Below are positions 24,689-34,240 of a stretch of DNA of 44,678 nucleotides, piece by piece. This DNA comes from an uncultured Candidatus Saccharibacteria bacterium (lineage in GTDB: Bacteria > Patescibacteriota > Minisyncoccia > Minisyncoccales > CAZWNE01), in assembly GCA_964635155.1 (NCBI GenBank), contig CAZWNE010000002.1:1-44678 (forward strand), given 5' to 3'. A program made the translations under genes and the position numbers. Positions within the stretch are counted from its first letter, which is position 1. Every line of letters starts with the position of its first letter. Under the pieces are notes generated by a model that was not told the DNA's origin, did no database searches, and saw nothing but the letters and a program-made list of their open reading frames with translations.

Positions 24689-25705
24689 ATGGTGTTAGAT
24701 ATTTCTTGGAAAACAATTTTTAAGATGGTCATAACGGGATTTTCCCTTTATCTCATATTTTTACTGAGAGATGTTTTGGTTTTGATAATATTTGCTTTGA
24801 TTATTTCCATTTTATTCAATCCGGCCATTGAATTTTTGCAAAGATATAAAATTCCCAGAATTTTGGCCGCGGTTTTAATTTATATCGGAATGTTTAGCAT
24901 TTTGGGTTTTTTTGTTTATTTAACTATTCCGGTTTTTGTCGCCGAACTGAAACAGTTTTCCCAATTTTTCCCTCAGTATTTTGAAAAATTAGCTCCACCC
25001 TTGAAAGGTTTGGGGCTTGAGACATTTAACAGTTTTGATAGTTTCGTTAACGGCTTGGGGGAAATGGCCGTCAAGGCCTCTTCTAGCATATTTTCCGCAG
25101 TTTCCATGATTTTCGGTGGCATCTTTTCCACGATTATTATTTTTACTATTGCCATTTTCCTGTCTTTTGAAGAAAAAGCTATTGAAAAAATGGTAGCTAC
25201 TTTTTCTCCTAAAAAATACGAAGCTTATATTCTGGATCTTTGGCACAGGTCTCAAACAAAGGTTTCCGCCTGGTTCGGCTCCAAAATTTTAACCGCTTTG
25301 TTTATCGGAGTTTTTACCTTTATCGCTTGCAAGATATTGGCTGTTAAGTATGCTATTTCTTTTGCTTTTATTGCTGGAATTTTTAACATCATCCCGCTTT
25401 TCGGGCCCATTGTGTCGGGAGCCGTTATTTTTATTTTCACCGCTTTGGATTCCTGGACCAAAGCTATTTTTATTATGATCGCCTTTGTTCTATTGCAGCA
25501 AATTGAGGGCAATATTATCACCCCGATTTTAACCCGGAAATTCGTCGGAATACCGGCCGTTTTAGTGTTGATTGCCTTGCTGGTCGGCAGCCAGCTGTGG
25601 GGAGTTTTAGGGGCAATTTTGGCGATACCTTTAGCCGGCGTAATGTTTGAGTTTTTAAAGGACTTTTTAAAAAAGAAAAAGGAAGAAAAAACCGTAGTAA
25701 TATAA
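24689..25705 (+). CDS. AI-2E family transporter (PerM/YhhT-like permease)
   Basis: Multi-TM protein with a C-terminal LLQQIEGNIITP....GIPAVLVLIALLVG..LWGVLGAILAIPLAG. Confidence 0.85.
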   Translation: MVLDISWKTIFKMVITGFSLYLIFLLRDVLVLIIFALIISILFNPAIEFLQRYKIPRILAAVLIYIGMFSILGFFVYLTIPVFVAELKQFSQFFPQYFEKLAPPLKGLGLETFNSFDSFVNGLGEMAVKASSSIFSAVSMIFGGIFSTIIIFTIAIFLSFEEKAIEKMVATFSPKKYEAYILDLWHRSQTKVSAWFGSKILTALFIGVFTFIACKILAVKYAISFAFIAGIFNIIPLFGPIVSGAVIFIFTALDSWTKAIFIMIAFVLLQQIEGNIITPILTRKFVGIPAVLVLIALLVGSQLWGVLGAILAIPLAGVMFEFLKDFLKKKKEEKTVVI

Positions 25706-25706
25706 A

Positions 25707-26378
25707 ATGGCTAATTTGTATGTTGTTGCCACACCCATCGGCAATCTTGGAGACATAACTTTTAGAGCTATTGAGACCTTAAAATCGGTTGATTTAATTT
25801 TATGCGAAGACACGAGAATAACCCAGAAATTACTTAGCCATTATGGGATTAAGACGCCGACTTTAAGCTATCACCAGCACAGTAAATTAAATAAAGTAGA
25901 GTTCATTTTAGATATTTTAAGGCGAGGCAAAGATTTAGCTTTAGTTTCAGATGCGGGGACTCCCGGCGTTTCTGATCCCGGGAATAAATTAGTTGAGAAA
26001 GTAGTCGAGTTATTGGGTAATTCAGTCAATATAGAGCCGATTCCCGGTCCTTCGGCCGTAACTGCCTCGGCCTCAATTTCCGGATTTCCCGTAGATAGAT
26101 TTTTATTTTTAGGTTTTCCGCCGATAAAAAATAAAAGAAAGAAATTTTTTGAGGAAGTCGCCGCTTCAAAATATTCCGTGATTTTTTATGAATCGCCCTA
26201 TAGAATTCTAAAAACCCTTAAAGAGTTGATCTCTTTAATCAAGGGGAGAGATATTGTTGTCTGCCGCGAATTAACTAAAAAATTTGAAACAATCTACCGA
26301 GGCAATATTGAAGAAGTGGCAAAGAAAATAGAAACGGGCAAAATTAAGGGAGAATTTGCGGTTATCGTGGAAAAATAG
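25707..26378 (+). CDS. rsmI: 16S rRNA (cytidine1402-2'-O)-methyltransferase
   Basis: LYVVATPIGNLGDIT.RA...L..VD.ILCEDTR and SDAGTPGVSDPG. Confidence 0.9.
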   Translation: MANLYVVATPIGNLGDITFRAIETLKSVDLILCEDTRITQKLLSHYGIKTPTLSYHQHSKLNKVEFILDILRRGKDLALVSDAGTPGVSDPGNKLVEKVVELLGNSVNIEPIPGPSAVTASASISGFPVDRFLFLGFPPIKNKRKKFFEEVAASKYSVIFYESPYRILKTLKELISLIKGRDIVVCRELTKKFETIYRGNIEEVAKKIETGKIKGEFAVIVEK

Positions 26379-26823
26379 AAATAGCCAAAAGCGATGCTAA
26401 AACCTGTGTTAAAATTCCCAAAAATAAGGGAGTTTTTTTATTCAGTTTGGCGTTTCTAAACCAATGAGTTTTTTCATGCAATTGATTCAATAGTTTCAAA
26501 AGTTCTATTTTCGGGAAAAACGTAAAAATAAAAAATAATATATCCGGCAGAATGGCGAAAAATCCGCCGAGAAATGCCGGCAAATAATTTTTTGAAATAA
26601 TCATTATCAGAAAAAAACCCAAAGAAATATCTAAAGATAATTTTGTAAAATCCGTTAAAGACGACTTCCATCGTTTTTCTAATATATTCCGAACGTGATA
26701 TTCTCGATGGGGTATGGCGTCCGCAAAGTAATGAGAGATAAAAGCAAATGAAAGTCCCAAAATTGGATTTTGGGTTTTTATAGCGATAGCTGCTCCGATT
26801 AAGATATGAGTGGTTAATATCAT
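26362..26823 (-). CDS. Small multi-TM membrane protein (possibly a YdjM/DUF457-like metal-dependent hydrolase)
   Basis: MILTTHILIGAAIA...SHYFADAIPH, plus hydrophobic segments. It converges on rsmI and overlaps it by 17 nt. Confidence 0.5.
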   Translation of the reverse strand: MILTTHILIGAAIAIKTQNPILGLSFAFISHYFADAIPHREYHVRNILEKRWKSSLTDFTKLSLDISLGFFLIMIISKNYLPAFLGGFFAILPDILFFIFTFFPKIELLKLLNQLHEKTHWFRNAKLNKKTPLFLGILTQVLASLLAISIFPR

Positions 26824-26865
26824 GCTTAAAATATGCTAATATAGGGATAATATTAAGATTATAGC

Positions 26866-28242
26866 ATGGGGAAGAAGTTTTATATCACAACCGCAATTGA
26901 TTATGTCAATGCCGCTCCTCATTTGGGGCATGCTTTAGAAAAAATCCAAGCTGATGTTCTTGCGCGGCATCGCCGAGCTTTGGGCGATGATGTCTTTTTT
27001 TTAAGCGGCACTGATGAAAACAGCTTGAAGAATGTTCAGGCGGCAAAAAAAGAAAACCTGCCCGTTAAGGAATTGGTGGATAAAAATGCCGGGAAGTTTT
27101 ACGAGTTGAAAAAAATTTTAGATTTGTCTTACGACGATTTTATTCGAACTACCGAAATAAGGCATATTCAGGTTGTCCAGAATTTATGGAAGGCCTGCCA
27201 GAAAGATATTGAGAAGAAAATTTATAGAGGGCTTTATTGCGTCGGCTGTGAGGAATTTTATAAGGAAAATGAGCTTGAAAATGGCTTATGCCCGGAGCAT
27301 AAAACAAAACCGGAGTTGGTTGAAGAAGAAAATTATTTTTTCAAACTTTCAAACTATCAGAAAAAATTAAAAAAAATTTTTGATTCCAACGAAATAGAAA
27401 TAATTCCCGGCACAAGGAGAAATGAAGTTCTAAGTTTTATAAAATCAGGTTTGGAAGATATTTGTATTTCTCGTTCAGCAAAAAGAGCTCAAGGATGGGG
27501 CATTGATGTCCCCGGCGATTCGTCTCAAAAAATTTGGGTTTGGTTTGACGCTCTGGCAAATTATCTCAATTCTCAATATTGGCCAGCCGATGTTCATATC
27601 ATAGGCAAGGGGATTTTGAGATTCCACGCCGTTTATTGGCCGGCCATGCTGCTTTCTGCCCGTTTGTTGCTGCCCAAAAAAATTTTTGTTCATGGCTATT
27701 TAACCATCGGAGGCCAGAAGATGTCAAAATCTTTGGGAAACGTTATTGATCCCTTTGAATTGGTGAAAAAATACGGGACAGATGCTGTCCGTTATTTTCT
27801 CTTGCGGGAAATTCCTTCAACCGAAGACGGCGATTTTACGGAAGAAAAATTCGTAGAGAGATATAATGCGGATTTGGCGGGCGGGATAGGCAATCTTGTG
27901 GCGCGCGTTGTCACTCTCGCTACAAAATCCAAAATCCAAAATCAAAAATCCAAAATAAATCCAAAACTTAAAATTCAAATAAAAAAAACTCAAAATAGTT
28001 ATACGAAGGCCCTGGAAGAGTTCAAATTTAATGAGACCCTGATTGCAGTTTGGGAATTGATAAGTTTTTGCGACGAATATATTGAAAAAGAAAAACCGTG
28101 GGAGGGCGGAAAAAATGACGTTATTGGTGATTTATTATTAACGATTAATGAGATGGCAAAATTGTTAAAGCCATTCTTGCCAGAAACATCAGAGAGGATA
28201 ATTAAACAAGAAAATAAGCCGCTTTTTCCACGTTTGAGTTAA
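26866..28242 (+). CDS. metG: Methionine--tRNA ligase (short form)
   Basis: NAAPHLGHALE (HIGH), a CxxC..C..H knuckle, and KMSKSLGN. Confidence 0.95.
   Translation: MGKKFYITTAIDYVNAAPHLGHALEKIQADVLARHRRALGDDVFFLSGTDENSLKNVQAAKKENLPVKELVDKNAGKFYELKKILDLSYDDFIRTTEIRHIQVVQNLWKACQKDIEKKIYRGLYCVGCEEFYKENELENGLCPEHKTKPELVEEENYFFKLSNYQKKLKKIFDSNEIEIIPGTRRNEVLSFIKSGLEDICISRSAKRAQGWGIDVPGDSSQKIWVWFDALANYLNSQYWPADVHIIGKGILRFHAVYWPAMLLSARLLLPKKIFVHGYLTIGGQKMSKSLGNVIDPFELVKKYGTDAVRYFLLREIPSTEDGDFTEEKFVERYNADLAGGIGNLVARVVTLATKSKIQNQKSKINPKLKIQIKKTQNSYTKALEEFKFNETLIAVWELISFCDEYIEKEKPWEGGKNDVIGDLLLTINEMAKLLKPFLPETSERIIKQENKPLFPRLS
27923..27968. repeat. About 6 x degenerate heptamer tandem repeat (CAAAATC) in frame within metG
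   Basis: CAAAATC CAAAATC CAAAATC AAAAATC CAAAATA ... CAAAACT. It encodes KSKIQNQKSKINPK, directly after the conserved GNLVARV. Confidence 0.8.
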
Positions 28243-28246
28243 AAAT

Positions 28247-29167
28247 ATGTTTACAGCCATAGTTATAATTTTAGGGCTGGTTGTTTTTGAGATAGTGAGC
28301 TCAGTGGATAACGCCATTGTCAACGCTCATGTTTTAAAAACTATGAGCCCGAAATGGCGTAAGATTTTTCTTTTCTGGGGAATAATAACGGCAGTATTTC
28401 TCATCCGGGGGATTCTTCCATTTTTAGTTGTTTGGCTGTCGGTGCCGGAAATCGGTTTTTCGGGAACTTTCCAATCGGTTATTCATAGCTCGCCCGAAGT
28501 GGCTCAACTCCTTGATGAAAGAAAGGGCATAATTCTGATTGGAGCCGGTGTTTTCCTTCTGTTGATATATTTGCACTGGTTATTTTTGGAAAAGAAAGAT
28601 CCTTATTTTGTGCCTGATAAATTAATAAAACCTCAGCATGGCGTCTGGTTTTTTGCCCTTACGGCAATTATTCTGGTGACTCTTTTGTATTTTGCCCGTT
28701 TTTCGGCCTTATTAATGCTGGCAGCCGCCATTGGGAATGCCGTATTTTTCATAATGTATGGTTTTAGGGAACAGGCGGTAAAGCAGGAAGAGGCCCTGCA
28801 TGATAAAAAAAACAATTTGAGCGATTTTTCAAAATTAATGTATCTTGAAGTATTGGACGCTTCTTTCAGCGTTGACGGAGTATTAGGGGCTTTTGCGTTC
28901 ACAACGGCTATACCTCTTATTTTTATCGGAAACGGCATCGGAGCTTTAGTGGTGAGGCAATTGACCATTGCCGGTATTGAAAGGGTTTCAAAATACAAGT
29001 GGCTCAAAAACGGGGCCATGACTTCCATCGGAATTCTGGGCATTTTTATGATACTGGAAAGCTTTAGAATTAATATTCCCGAATATTTGCCAACAGTAAC
29101 TACGGTTGGCTTTGTCGGCCTCGCTTTCTGGAAATCCCATAAATTATTGAAACAAAATGCTGATTGA
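28247..29167 (+). CDS. DUF475/TerC-like integral membrane protein
   Basis: EIVSSVDNAIVNA and a second ASFSVDGVLGAFAF repeat, with multiple TM segments. Confidence 0.7.
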   Translation: MFTAIVIILGLVVFEIVSSVDNAIVNAHVLKTMSPKWRKIFLFWGIITAVFLIRGILPFLVVWLSVPEIGFSGTFQSVIHSSPEVAQLLDERKGIILIGAGVFLLLIYLHWLFLEKKDPYFVPDKLIKPQHGVWFFALTAIILVTLLYFARFSALLMLAAAIGNAVFFIMYGFREQAVKQEEALHDKKNNLSDFSKLMYLEVLDASFSVDGVLGAFAFTTAIPLIFIGNGIGALVVRQLTIAGIERVSKYKWLKNGAMTSIGILGIFMILESFRINIPEYLPTVTTVGFVGLAFWKSHKLLKQNAD

Positions 29168-29921
29168 TACTCATGCGCATTTGAACTTTAAAGATTTTAA
29201 AGACGATGCAGATGAGATTATACAACGCTCTTTAAGCGGAGATGTTTGGATAATTAACGTCGGATCGCAATATAACACTTCAGAGAGAGCGGTGGAGTTA
29301 GCGGAAAAATATCTGGCCGGAGTTTATGCCGCCATCGGGCTTCACCCGATCCATGCTCAAGATGAATTTCAATATGAAAAATACAAAAAGCTTGCCCTCC
29401 GAAGCCTTGGCGAAGGAGGGAAAGTGGTGGCGATCGGCGAAATCGGCTTGGACTATAAATCAGAGTACGTCTCGTCCAAAGAAGAACAAAAAGAAGTTTT
29501 GCTGAAGCAGTTAGATTTAGCGAAAGAACTGAATTTGCCGGTTATCATCCATTGCCGTCAAGCTCATGCCGACCTAATTCAAGCACTCCAGCAATCTAAT
29601 AATCTAACAATTAAGGGCGTCATCCATTGTTTTACCGGTACGTGGCAAGTAGCCCAAAAATATTTGCAGTTGGGATTTTATTTAGGTTTTAACGGAATTA
29701 TATTCAAACTTGATTTAGACGAGGTGATTAAAAATGCGCCTTTAGAAAGAATTCTTGTTGAAACCGATTGTCCCTATCTGACTCCAGCGCAAGAAGAGGG
29801 CCGCAATGAGCCCTTGTACGTAAAATATGTCGCCGAAAAAGTCGCCCAATTAAAAAATCTAACCTTCGAAAACGTAGCCGAAGCCACCACTCAAAATGCA
29901 AAAAATCTGTTCAAAATTTGA
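29157..29921 (+). CDS. tatD: TatD-family metal-dependent hydrolase/DNase
   Basis: LIDTHAHLN, GEIGLDY, IHCR and ETDCPYL. Confidence 0.9.
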   Translation: MLIDTHAHLNFKDFKDDADEIIQRSLSGDVWIINVGSQYNTSERAVELAEKYLAGVYAAIGLHPIHAQDEFQYEKYKKLALRSLGEGGKVVAIGEIGLDYKSEYVSSKEEQKEVLLKQLDLAKELNLPVIIHCRQAHADLIQALQQSNNLTIKGVIHCFTGTWQVAQKYLQLGFYLGFNGIIFKLDLDEVIKNAPLERILVETDCPYLTPAQEEGRNEPLYVKYVAEKVAQLKNLTFENVAEATTQNAKNLFKI

Positions 29922-29994
29922 CTAATTGATAGACTAAGCCAAGTAAACAAATCGTCTTGAAAAAGGCGGTTTTTTTTGTTAAATTGAATCTATT

Positions 29995-32400
29995 ATGTCG
30001 GATTATAATCCTCAAAAAATTGAAGCAAAGTGGCGGAAGATTTGGGAGAAAAACAAAACCTTCCAGGTTGATTTAAAGCGGGCTAAAAATCCCTATTACA
30101 ACTTGATGATGTTTCCCTATCCTTCTGCGGAGGGTCTTCATGTTGGGAATGTATACGCATTTACCGGCTCGGATATTCACGGCCGGTTTAAGAGAATGCA
30201 GGGGAACGACGTTTTTGAACCGATGGGTTTTGACGCTTTCGGGATTCATTCGGAAAATTTCGCCATTAAAAAGGGAATCCATCCGAAAATTTTAATCAAG
30301 AAAAATATTGATAATTTCCGGGAGCAGTTGAAAAATCTGGGCTGCCTTTTTGATTGGGAGCGCGAAGTTGATACCACTAAACCCGATTACTATAAATGGA
30401 CTCAGTGGCTTTTCTTGCAGCTGTTTGAGGCAGGCTTAGCTTACCGCAAAAAGGCGCCGGTGGATTGGTGTCCTTCCTGCAAAACGGTTTTGGCTGATGA
30501 GCAGGTGATCAACGGGAAATGCGAGCGGTGCGATTCGAATGTTATTCAAAAAGAAACTTTGCAGTGGTTTTTAAAAATAACAAAATACGCCGAAAAATTG
30601 CTGAAAAATCTGGAAAAAATTGATTGGTCAGAAAGAACTAAAATCGCTCAAAGAAACTGGATAGGAAAGTCAGAGGGAGCGCTTTTGAAATTTCCAATTT
30701 TCAATTCTCAATTTTCAATCGAGGTTTTTACGACGAGGCCGGACACTTTGTTCGGTTGTACCTATATGGTAATTTCTCCGGAGCATCCCATACTTCAGAA
30801 TCTAGAATCTAGAATTAAGAATATAGGAGACGTCAAAAAATATATTTTACAATCAAAGAAAAAAAGCGAGATGGAAAGAACGGAGCTGATAAAAGATAAA
30901 ACCGGAGTGGAATTAAAAGGAATTAAAGCTATCAATCCGGCCAATAACGAAGAAATTCCGATTTTTATCGCTGATTACGTTCTGGCTTCTTACGGCACGG
31001 GAGCCATAATGTCAGTTCCAGCACACGACCAAAGGGATTTCGATTTCGCTAAAAAATATAATCTGCCGATAAAAATGGTTATTTGTCCGAATTATCCCAA
31101 ACCCGTTTGTCCGGTTTTGGACAAGGCCTTTTTAGACGAAGGTTATCTGGTGGGTTCGGAAAAATTTGACGGAATGAAATCAGAAATCGTTAAAAAAGAA
31201 ATTATAAAATTTGTCGGCGGCAAAAAAACAATAAATTATCATCTGCGCGATTGGCTGATTTCCAGGCAAAGATATTGGGGCCCGCCGATTCCGATTGTTT
31301 ATTGCCAAAAGTGCGGCGTTGTGCCGGTGCCGGAATCGGATTTGCCGGTTCTACTTCCCTTTGTCAAAAACTTCCGGCCCAAAGGCACCGGAGAATCGCC
31401 CTTGGCTTCGGTTGCAAGTTTCGTCAAAACAAAATGCCCGCAATGCGGCGGCCTGGCCAAGAGAGAAACGGATGTCTCCGATACTTTTTTGGATTCTTCT
31501 TGGTATTTTTTAAGATACCCTTCGACAGAATTTAAAAATAAACCCTTCGACAAGATCAGGGCGAAAAAGTGGCTGCCAGTGGATATGTATATCGGGGGGC
31601 AAGAGCACGCGGTTTTGCACTTGCTTTATACGCGATTTATCACCATGGCCTTGAAAGACGCGGGCTTTATTGGTTTTGAAGAGCCGTTTAAAAAATTCCG
31701 AGCTCACGGATTATTGACTAAAGAAGGAGCAAAAATGTCTAAATCAAAAGGCAACGTGGTCAATCCCGATGATTACTTTAAAAAATTCGGCGCAGATACT
31801 TTGAGAATGTATTTGATGTTTCTGGGGCCGTTTTCGGATGGAGGCGACTGGTCGGATGCCGGAATTATAGGAATTTCCAGGTTTTTGAATAAAGTTTTTA
31901 ATTTGAAAAATAAAGTTAAGAAATCTTCGGTTAAACTTAGTTTAACCGAAAAACTTTTGCATAAGACCATTAAAAAAGTGACCGAAGATTTGGAAAGTTT
32001 AAGCTACAATACGGCAATTTCTGCCTTGATGATTTTAGCCAATCAAATGGAAAAACAAGAACAGTTATCAGTTGTGAGTTATCAGTTATTATTAAAGCTG
32101 CTCGCTCCTTTTGCTCCATATATTACGGAAGAACTTTGGCAGAAATTAGGGAATAAAAATAGCATTCATGGTCAAAGGTGGCTTGATTATGATAAAAAAG
32201 CAATCCAAGAAGATAAAATAATATTGGTAGTTCAGATCAACGGAAAATTCAGGGACAAGATTGAAGTTGAAACTGGAATTTCCCAAAAGGAAGCCGAAAG
32301 ATTGACTTTGGGCCAAGAAAGGATTAAGCAATTGGTATCGGGCAAAAAAATCAAAAAAATTATCTTTATTCCAAATAAATTAATAAATATCGTATTTTAG
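29995..32400 (+). CDS. leuS: Leucine--tRNA ligase
   Basis: PYPSAEGLHVGN (HIGH-like), the CP1 editing domain (TTRPDT), and KMSKSKGN. Confidence 0.95.
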   Translation: MSDYNPQKIEAKWRKIWEKNKTFQVDLKRAKNPYYNLMMFPYPSAEGLHVGNVYAFTGSDIHGRFKRMQGNDVFEPMGFDAFGIHSENFAIKKGIHPKILIKKNIDNFREQLKNLGCLFDWEREVDTTKPDYYKWTQWLFLQLFEAGLAYRKKAPVDWCPSCKTVLADEQVINGKCERCDSNVIQKETLQWFLKITKYAEKLLKNLEKIDWSERTKIAQRNWIGKSEGALLKFPIFNSQFSIEVFTTRPDTLFGCTYMVISPEHPILQNLESRIKNIGDVKKYILQSKKKSEMERTELIKDKTGVELKGIKAINPANNEEIPIFIADYVLASYGTGAIMSVPAHDQRDFDFAKKYNLPIKMVICPNYPKPVCPVLDKAFLDEGYLVGSEKFDGMKSEIVKKEIIKFVGGKKTINYHLRDWLISRQRYWGPPIPIVYCQKCGVVPVPESDLPVLLPFVKNFRPKGTGESPLASVASFVKTKCPQCGGLAKRETDVSDTFLDSSWYFLRYPSTEFKNKPFDKIRAKKWLPVDMYIGGQEHAVLHLLYTRFITMALKDAGFIGFEEPFKKFRAHGLLTKEGAKMSKSKGNVVNPDDYFKKFGADTLRMYLMFLGPFSDGGDWSDAGIIGISRFLNKVFNLKNKVKKSSVKLSLTEKLLHKTIKKVTEDLESLSYNTAISALMILANQMEKQEQLSVVSYQLLLKLLAPFAPYITEELWQKLGNKNSIHGQRWLDYDKKAIQEDKIILVVQINGKFRDKIEVETGISQKEAERLTLGQERIKQLVSGKKIKKIIFIPNKLINIVF
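30694..30720. repeat. 4 x heptamer tandem repeat (TCAATTT) in frame within leuS
   Basis: CCAATTT TCAATTC TCAATTT TCAATC. It encodes FPIFNSQFSI, just before VFTTRPDT. Confidence 0.8.
30797..30824. repeat. 4 x heptamer tandem repeat (AGAATCT) in frame within leuS
   Basis: AGAATCT AGAATCT AGAATTA AGAATAT. It encodes QNLESRIKNI. Confidence 0.8.
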
Positions 32401-32403
32401 TCT

Positions 32404-34230
32404 ATGTGCGGAATTGTTGGTTATATAGGCAAAAAAGACGCCGTTTCGATTTTAATGGAAGGGCTGAAAAGGGAAAGCTACCGGGGATATGATTCCAGCG
32501 GCATTGTTGTATTACAGGGCAACAAACCGGTTTGCATTAAGGCGGTGGGAAAATTAGAAAATTTAGAGATAAAAGTGGGGTCTTCTTCTATTGGGGGTTC
32601 TGTTGGCCTGGGACATGTGCGTTGGGCGACTCACGGGGGAGTGACCGAAGCAAACGCCCACCCGCATCATGATTGCCAAAGTAATATCTGGCTGGTCCAT
32701 AATGGGATTATTGAAAACTACAAAGAGCTGAAAAAGAAGCTGGAAAAAAAGGGCCATAAGTTTTTATCTCAAACGGATACGGAAGTGCTGCCGCATTTAA
32801 TTGAGAATTTTTTCCAGGGAAATTTGGAAGATGCGGTCCGTAAGGCGCTAAAGCTAATTCGGGGCACTTATGGGTTGGCAATAATTTCCAAAAAAGATCC
32901 TGGCAAAATTGTTGTGGCCAGGATGGCTAGCCCATTGGTAATTTCCGTGAATGGCGGGGGCGGTTTTGTGGCTTCAGATCCCGCGGCTCTTGTTTCGCAT
33001 TCGAACAAAGCTGTTTTTCTGGAAGACGGGGAGATCGCGGTGATTACGCCCGAAGATTTGGCGGTGACGGACTTGATGAATAACCAAAAAGAAAGAGAGG
33101 CCGTGGAATTAGAATGGACGGTTGAAGAGGCCCAAAAAGGAGGCTATCCCCATTTTATGTTAAAAGAAATTATGGAACAGCCAGAATCTTTGGAAAACTC
33201 TCTGCGCGGAAGACTTATTTTGGAAAATGGGGAAGCCAGATTGGGAGGATTAAGCTCGGTTAAAGATAAATTAAGGGATATCGAAAGAATTCATATTGTG
33301 GCTTGCGGCACGGCCAGACACGCGGGTTTAGTTAGTGAATATATGTTAGAGGAATATGCGGGAATTTTAACTAAAGTTGATGCCGCTTCGGAATTTAGAT
33401 ACAGAAAATCAATTTTAGATAAAAAAACAGCGGTCTTAGCCATTTCCCAATCTGGCGAAACAGCCGATACTTTAGCGGCGATTAAAGAGGCAAAATCAAA
33501 AGGAATTTTAACTTTGGGCATCACCAATGTCGTCGGGTCCACCCAGGCCAGGGAAACGGAGGCTGGGGTTTACAATCATGCGGGCCCGGAAATTGGCGTG
33601 GCTTCGACAAAAGCATTTACGTCTCAATTGATAATTTTAGCGCTATTAGCGCTGTATTTGGGCAGACAACGCCAGCTTTCCTTTGTCATGGGCGAGAGAA
33701 TCGCCAAAGAGCTTTCCAGAATTCCCGAACTTGCCAAGCAAGTTTTAAAAAATAATTCTCAAATTGAGAAGATTGCGAAAAAATATAAAAGTTGCGGCAA
33801 TTTTCTATTTCTGGGCAGAAAATATAATTATCCTATTGCTTTAGAGGGGGCTTTAAAATTAAAAGAAATCTCCTATATCCACGCTGAAGGTTATGGCGCC
33901 GGGGAAATGAAGCACGGCCCCATCGCTTTGATAGACGAAACTTTTCCGACAATGGTCATCTGCCCTTCCGATTCTGTTTATGAAAAAATGGTTTCCAATA
34001 TCGAGGAGATAAAAGCGAGAAAAGGACTAATAATCGCCATAGCCACCGAAGGGAATGAAGAAATAAAACAATTGGCCGATGACGTCATTTATATTCCCAA
34101 AACTCTGGAAATGCTGACGCCGATTTTAGCGGTCATTCCTTTGCAGTTATTCGCTTACCACATGGGTGTGCTAAGGGAATGCGACGTGGACAGGCCCCGC
34201 AATCTGGCCAAAAGCGTTACGGTGGAGTAA
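32404..34230 (+). CDS. glmS: Glutamine--fructose-6-phosphate aminotransferase
   Basis: MCGIVGY N-terminal nucleophile, two SIS domains, and a C-terminal ..KSVTVE. Confidence 0.95.
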   Translation: MCGIVGYIGKKDAVSILMEGLKRESYRGYDSSGIVVLQGNKPVCIKAVGKLENLEIKVGSSSIGGSVGLGHVRWATHGGVTEANAHPHHDCQSNIWLVHNGIIENYKELKKKLEKKGHKFLSQTDTEVLPHLIENFFQGNLEDAVRKALKLIRGTYGLAIISKKDPGKIVVARMASPLVISVNGGGGFVASDPAALVSHSNKAVFLEDGEIAVITPEDLAVTDLMNNQKEREAVELEWTVEEAQKGGYPHFMLKEIMEQPESLENSLRGRLILENGEARLGGLSSVKDKLRDIERIHIVACGTARHAGLVSEYMLEEYAGILTKVDAASEFRYRKSILDKKTAVLAISQSGETADTLAAIKEAKSKGILTLGITNVVGSTQARETEAGVYNHAGPEIGVASTKAFTSQLIILALLALYLGRQRQLSFVMGERIAKELSRIPELAKQVLKNNSQIEKIAKKYKSCGNFLFLGRKYNYPIALEGALKLKEISYIHAEGYGAGEMKHGPIALIDETFPTMVICPSDSVYEKMVSNIEEIKARKGLIIAIATEGNEEIKQLADDVIYIPKTLEMLTPILAVIPLQLFAYHMGVLRECDVDRPRNLAKSVTVE

Positions 34231-34240
34231 AATTATCTAT

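Noticed and set aside
28633-29043. 136-aa minus-strand ORF
   Set aside because: It is antisense to the DUF475 membrane protein gene. It is a shadow ORF.
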